Positions 59,367-64,000 of a DNA stretch of 64,000 nucleotides are shown here, piece by piece. Both the position numbers and the translations under genes were made by a program. The DNA is from an uncultured delta proteobacterium. Its GTDB lineage: Bacteria; Desulfobacterota; Binatia; DP-6. Below the pieces are notes generated by a model. It ran no database searches, had not been told where the DNA came from, and worked only from the letters and a program-made list of their open reading frames with translations. The first letter of the stretch is position 1. Each line of letters opens with the position of its first letter. The stretch is taken from assembly GCA_963815115.1 (NCBI GenBank), contig CAWFFN010000005.1:448001-512000 (forward strand). The letters are read 5' to 3'.

Positions 59367-59584
59367 GGATGTCTCCCCCTCCGCGCGACGACGGGTTCCG
59401 GCTCGCACGCTGCGCCAGCGTCCGCGCGGAGCGCTGATCTACCACGACACGGTAGCGCGAGGGTAGGCGATTCTGTCGCAGGCGCGGTGCGTTGCTTTGC
59501 CGTGGCCAGCAGGCTAGCACGGCGCGCGATGAGCCTCGTGATCGCCCGGGCGGCAAGGTTCGGCGCGCTCCTCCGTTGCCGCTG

Positions 59585-60976
59585 ATGCGTGGTCCCGACG
59601 GCTTCTCGCGGTCCTCGCTGCTCGCCTATGCCGGCAGCGCCCGCCGGCGGTACGAGCGCGAGCTCGCGACCCTGGTCGAGCTGCCGAGCGTCTCCGCCGA
59701 TCCGGCGCACGCCGGCGACGTCCGGCGCACCGCCGAAGCGGCGGCCCGCCTCGTCCGCTCGCTCGGCGGCCAGGCGGCGATCGTCCCGACCGGCGGCCAT
59801 CCGCTGGTTCACTGCACCTTCCAGCGCGACCCCCGGCTGCCCACCGTCACCATCTACAACCACCTCGACGTGCAGCCCGCGGGCGAGCCGGAGTGGCGCA
59901 GCGACCCCTTCCGCTTCACCCGGCGCGGCGATCGCTACGTCGGCCGGGGCACGACCGACGACAAGGGGCCGGCGCTCGCCGCGCTGTTCGGCGCCAAGTA
60001 TGCCGTCGATCACGACGTCGCGCTCAACGTCCAGCTCCTCTGGGAGCTCGAGGAGGAGATCGGCTCGCCGCATTTCGAGCCGGCGATCCGGCGGCACCGT
60101 CGCGCGCTCGCGACCGACGCCGTCGTCGTGTCGGACACCATCTGGGTGTCGCGCAATAGGCCGGCGTGTCCCGCGGGGCTGCGCGGCCTGCAGGGCTTCC
60201 GGCTGACGCTGCGCACCGGCACCACGGATCAGCACTCCGGCACCACGGGCGGGGTGGCTCGCAATCCGGTCGCGGAGCTGGCGGCGTTGCTCGCCGCGAT
60301 GGTCGACGCCGGGACCGGACGGGTGAAGATTCCCGGCTTCTATCGCGACGTGGTGCCGCCCTCACGCCACGAGCTGCACGACCTCGAGCGCGCCGGCTTC
60401 TCGCTCGCGCGCTTCAAGCGCGATCACGGCTTCCGTTCGCTGCGCACGGACGACGCGCTGGACGCCATGCGGCGACTCTGGTGCCGCCCGACCTTCGAGG
60501 TGCACGGGATCGCCGGCGGGTATCAGGGACCGGGGGTGAAGACGGTCGTGCCGCCGGCGGCGACCGCGATCGTCTCGTGCCGGCTCGTGCCGGACATGGC
60601 GCCCGCCAGGGTCGTGCGCCTCGTGCGCGAGTTCGTCCGCCGCCGCAACCCGGACGTGGTGGTCGCCCCGGAGCACGGGCTCGAGCCGTATCGCGGACGA
60701 ACGAGCGGCCCGCACGTGGACGCGATCCGCGCGGCGATGCGCTTCGCGTTCGGTCGTGAGCCGGTCCTGGTGCGGGAGGGAGGGTCGATCGGGGCGGTCG
60801 TCTCGATGGAGCGCGTGCTGCGGGCGCCGGTGCACTTCCTCGGACTCTCGCTGCCCGAGCACGGCTACCATGCGCCGAACGAGTGCTTCGACTGGCGTCA
60901 GGCCCGGGGCGGCATCCTGGCGTTCGCGAAATACCTCGAGCAGGTTGGCGCGCGGCGCTCCGCCGCGACGCGCTGA
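59585..60976 (+). CDS. M20/M25/M40 metallopeptidase (dipeptidase-like)
   Basis: YNHLDVQP, GRGTTDDKG, EEEIGS, HSG, EGGSIG and HAPNE motifs. Confidence 0.92.
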   Translation: MRGPDGFSRSSLLAYAGSARRRYERELATLVELPSVSADPAHAGDVRRTAEAAARLVRSLGGQAAIVPTGGHPLVHCTFQRDPRLPTVTIYNHLDVQPAGEPEWRSDPFRFTRRGDRYVGRGTTDDKGPALAALFGAKYAVDHDVALNVQLLWELEEEIGSPHFEPAIRRHRRALATDAVVVSDTIWVSRNRPACPAGLRGLQGFRLTLRTGTTDQHSGTTGGVARNPVAELAALLAAMVDAGTGRVKIPGFYRDVVPPSRHELHDLERAGFSLARFKRDHGFRSLRTDDALDAMRRLWCRPTFEVHGIAGGYQGPGVKTVVPPAATAIVSCRLVPDMAPARVVRLVREFVRRRNPDVVVAPEHGLEPYRGRTSGPHVDAIRAAMRFAFGREPVLVREGGSIGAVVSMERVLRAPVHFLGLSLPEHGYHAPNECFDWRQARGGILAFAKYLEQVGARRSAATR

Positions 60977-60984
60977 CGCGCCTC

Positions 60985-61638
60985 TCAGCGAGCCGCCGTC
61001 CGTCGCCGGGCCGTCGCCGGCAGGCAGAGCGCGCGTTCGACGAGCTCGCGCAGCCGCCGGGCGAGCGTGTCCCGGTCGGTGCGCATGCCGCCCGCGACCC
61101 AGTCGGCCAGCAGCACCTGATCCATGGCGCTGAACAGCTTGGCGAGGTAGCCCGGGTCCTCGTCGACGAACTCGCCGGCCGCCACGCCGCGGCGGAAGAT
61201 ACCCGCCTGGAGCTCGTGGATCTCCTGCCAGTAGCCCTGCTGCGTCGGGCTGCCGGTGACGGGACCGAGGGCCCACGAGGCGCCGGAGCGCAGGTGCATG
61301 CGCAGGAAATGGGGGTGGGAGACGAAGTAGTCGACGTAGACCTTGATCAGCGCCGCGAGTGCTTCCCGGGCATCGAGGTCGCGCGCGGCGAGATCGCGCG
61401 CGAGGCGCAGCAGCTCCTGACCGCGCTCCTCGAGCAGCGCGGCGTACAGCTCGGCCTTGCCGGGAAAGATGGCGTAGATCGTTCCCATCGAGAGGCCGGA
61501 GCGCCCCGAGATCTCGAGCACCTTGGCCGGCTCGTAGCCACGCTCGGCGAAGACCTGCTCGGCCGCGTCGAGGATGTGCTGGCGATACACGCCGGTGCGC
61601 GCGAGCCGGGCCTCGTCGCGGGCCTTCTTGCGGGGCAT
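60985..61638 (-). CDS. TetR/AcrR family regulator
   Basis: ILDAAEQVFAERGY...EISGRSGLSMGTIYAIFPGKAELY HTH. Confidence 0.93.
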   Translation of the reverse strand: MPRKKARDEARLARTGVYRQHILDAAEQVFAERGYEPAKVLEISGRSGLSMGTIYAIFPGKAELYAALLEERGQELLRLARDLAARDLDAREALAALIKVYVDYFVSHPHFLRMHLRSGASWALGPVTGSPTQQGYWQEIHELQAGIFRRGVAAGEFVDEDPGYLAKLFSAMDQVLLADWVAGGMRTDRDTLARRLRELVERALCLPATARRRTAAR

Positions 61639-61666
61639 GGCGGCATCGTACCATTCGTGATCGTAG

Positions 61667-61699
61667 TTGACAAATCGTATTTCCGAATGGTAATTCGGA
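61667..61699 (+). promoter_or_regulatory. Sigma70-type promoter (TTGACA...TG-G-TAATTC) overlapped by the palindrome TCCGAAT-N4-ATTCGGA, probable TetR operator
   Basis: TTGACA at 61667-61672; palindrome at 61682-61699; between divergent tetR and LLM genes. Confidence 0.68.
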
Positions 61700-61740
61700 G
61701 TCACGAGCGAGGGCTCGACGCCCGGCCGAAGGAGAAGCTG

Positions 61741-62865
61741 ATGGAATTCGGGATCTTCTCGCAGATGCACTGCCCGCCATGGGATGACGAGCATTCGCGC
61801 TACCTGCGGGAGCTCGAGATCTCGGAGCTCTGCGACGCGGTGGGATTCAAGTACGACTGGTCGCCGGAGCACCACTTCCTGCAGCACTACTCCCATCAGC
61901 CGGCGCCCGAGGTGTACCTCTCCTGGGTCGCCGCCCGCACCAAGCGCATCCACGTCGGCACCGCCATCACCAACATCACCGCCGCCGTGAACCACCCCGC
62001 TCGCGTTGCCGAACGCATCGCCACCATGGACCACCTCTCGGAGGGCCGGGTCGAGTTCGGCACCGGACGCGGGTCGTCGTCGGCCGAATGGGCGGGCTTC
62101 GACATCCCGTCGGCGGCCGAGACGAAGCCGATGTGGCGCGAGTCGCTCGAGCAGATCCCGCGCATGTGGCGTGACGAGCCCTACAGCTTCGACGGCCGCT
62201 ACTTCCGCATGCCCGAGCGCACCGTCCTGCCCAAGCCCTACTCCAAGCCGCACCCGCCCATGTGGGTGGCGTGCTCGAGCCCGCCGACCTTCATCGAGGC
62301 CGGAGAGCTCGGCCTGGGCGCGCTCTGCTTCACGTTCGGCACCCCGGCGGACATCGCCGAGCACGTCCGGAACTACAAGCAGGCCATCAAGCGCTGCACC
62401 AAGCCGGTCGGCGCGTACGTCAACGACAACATCGCCGTCACCACGAACATGTTCTGCTTCGAGGACGGCGACGAGGCCCGGCACCTCTACTCGAAGGCGA
62501 AGGTGGGTGCGTTCACGGGGTACTTCTTCAAGTGGCTCGACTCCATCCCGCGTCCGAAGGGCCTGCCTCCGACCGGGCCCATTCCGCCGTTGCCCGACCC
62601 GACGCCGGCCGAGCTCAAGGCCGGGCTCGCCGCCGGCGGCCGGCAGATCGGCTCGCCCGGGGAGATCGCCAAGGTGATCGACATGTACGTCGAGCTGGGA
62701 GTCGATCAGCTCATCTACGCGCCGCTCACCCTGACCCTCGACCAGAAGCACGTCCTGCGCTCGATCGAGACCTTCGGAAAGCACGTGCTGCCGCGCTTCG
62801 ACCGCGATCCGATGCACAGCACCACGCGGCAGCGGGAAGCGGCCCTGGCGGCACAGGCGGCGTAG
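61741..62865 (+). CDS. LLM-class flavin-dependent oxidoreductase
   Basis: EHHFLQHYSH, HPARVAERIATMDHLSEGRVEFGTGRG and PKPYSKPHPPMW motifs; AAGGAG RBS. Confidence 0.92.
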   Translation: MEFGIFSQMHCPPWDDEHSRYLRELEISELCDAVGFKYDWSPEHHFLQHYSHQPAPEVYLSWVAARTKRIHVGTAITNITAAVNHPARVAERIATMDHLSEGRVEFGTGRGSSSAEWAGFDIPSAAETKPMWRESLEQIPRMWRDEPYSFDGRYFRMPERTVLPKPYSKPHPPMWVACSSPPTFIEAGELGLGALCFTFGTPADIAEHVRNYKQAIKRCTKPVGAYVNDNIAVTTNMFCFEDGDEARHLYSKAKVGAFTGYFFKWLDSIPRPKGLPPTGPIPPLPDPTPAELKAGLAAGGRQIGSPGEIAKVIDMYVELGVDQLIYAPLTLTLDQKHVLRSIETFGKHVLPRFDRDPMHSTTRQREAALAAQAA

Positions 62866-62892
62866 CGCCGTCCGGGGGGTACGTCGCAGCAC

Positions 62893-64000
62893 ATGGCGGA
62901 GTCGACCCTCAGCGAGATCCTGATCGGCGGCCGCTGGGTGCCTGCCGCCGGCGGGACCTATCCGGTGATCGACCCGGCAACCGAGGAGATCGCCGGCCGC
63001 GCCCCCGAGGCGTCGACGGACCAGGTGCGGGAGGCGGCACGCGCGGCGCGCGCGGCGTTCGAGCGGGGACCGTGGCCGCGCATGTCGGGCGCGGAGCGCG
63101 GCGCGCGGCTGCGCGAGGCGGCCGCGCGGTTCCGCCAGGCCGCGCCCGGCCTGGTCGATCTGACCATCGCGGAGACCGGCTCCGTGCGACCGGTCGCCGA
63201 GTCGCAGCAGGTCGGCGCGGTGCCGCTGCGCCTGGAGCGATACGCCGAGCTGGCGAGCCTGGGAGCCGACACGCCGGTGGCACCGCGCGAGGGACCGGGC
63301 GGCATCGCCTTCGGCGTCGCCGCGCGGGAGCCCGTCGGCGTGGTCGCCTGCATCACGCCGTACAACTTCCCGATGACCAACTGCGCCGGGAAGATCGGTC
63401 CGGCGCTGGCGTGCGGCAACACGGTGGTGGTGAAGCCGGCGCCGGTGGACCCCCTCGGCGTGGGCGCGCTCTGTCGCATCGTGAACGACGTCCTTCCGCC
63501 GGGCGTGCTGAACTTCGTGTGCGGCGCGGGACCCGCGAGCGGCGAGGCGCTCGTCGAGGCGCCCGAGGTGGACATGATCTCGTTCACGGGCTCGACGACC
63601 GTGGGGCTGCGCATCCAGGAGACCGCTGCGCGCAGCCTCAAGCGGACGCTCCTCGAGCTGGGCGGCAAATCGCCGCAGATCGTCTTCGCCGACGCCGACC
63701 GCGAGGCGGCCCTGCGGGGCGCCGCCCAGGTGTGGACGTTCCACACCGGCCAGATCTGCATCGCGGGAACCCGGCTGCTGGTCGAGGCGTCGATCTACGA
63801 CGAGTTCACCGCGGCGCTGGTCGAGCGCGCGAGCGCCATCAGGATCGGCGACCCGCGCGAGCCGGGCGTGGTGATGGGGCCGCTCGTCTCCGCCGCTCAG
63901 CGCGAACGCGTCGAGGGCCACGTCGCGCACGGCCTGGAGGAGGGCGCCGTGCTCGCCTGCGGCGGGAAGCGCCCGGCGCACCTCCGGCGCGGGTGGTTCG
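62893..64000 (+). CDS. Aldehyde dehydrogenase (runs off the 3' edge of the window)
   Basis: REPVGVVACITPYNFP, GNTVVVKP, SFTGST, LELGGKSP and GQICIAG motifs. Confidence 0.92.
   Translation, partial: MAESTLSEILIGGRWVPAAGGTYPVIDPATEEIAGRAPEASTDQVREAARAARAAFERGPWPRMSGAERGARLREAAARFRQAAPGLVDLTIAETGSVRPVAESQQVGAVPLRLERYAELASLGADTPVAPREGPGGIAFGVAAREPVGVVACITPYNFPMTNCAGKIGPALACGNTVVVKPAPVDPLGVGALCRIVNDVLPPGVLNFVCGAGPASGEALVEAPEVDMISFTGSTTVGLRIQETAARSLKRTLLELGGKSPQIVFADADREAALRGAAQVWTFHTGQICIAGTRLLVEASIYDEFTAALVERASAIRIGDPREPGVVMGPLVSAAQRERVEGHVAHGLEEGAVLACGGKRPAHLRRGWF

Overview
High-GC (roughly 70% by eye), densely coding bacterial chromosomal window with about 51 CDS and no recognisable rRNA, tRNA, CRISPR array or transposase. 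The gene content (amidohydrolases, LLM oxidoreductases, CoA transferase, actinobacterial-type steroid side-chain genes, many Cys-rich secreted proteins with poly-Thr linkers) suggests Candidatus Binatia/Deltaproteobacteria-like origin; this is inference, not tested. Indel frameshifts cluster at 10.0-12.9 kb, with single ones near 38.8 and 44.0 kb, which looks like long-read assembly error. Main highlights: (1) an AhpD/CMD-family selenoprotein that the ORF track splits in two, with C-H-Y-UGA in frame and a SECIS-like hairpin just downstream (45005-46066), inside an HxlR-controlled redox cluster; (2) two paralogous Cys-rich secreted proteins that share a perfect 16-bp palindromic operator plus a 14-bp TTGACA-containing box and flank a nucleophile-less alpha/beta-hydrolase regulator; (3) a shared C-terminal domain on otherwise unrelated secreted proteins, a candidate lineage-specific sorting/secretion signal; (4) a STAND ATPase-LuxR-adenylate cyclase fusion between a CxxCH lipoprotein and a KKP-tail protein; (5) a tandem heme-oxygenase-like protein coupled to a methyltransferase; (6) a bacterial INSIG homologue; (7) an ltp3/ltp4/echA19-like operon. 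All family assignments come from motif recognition, not database searches.
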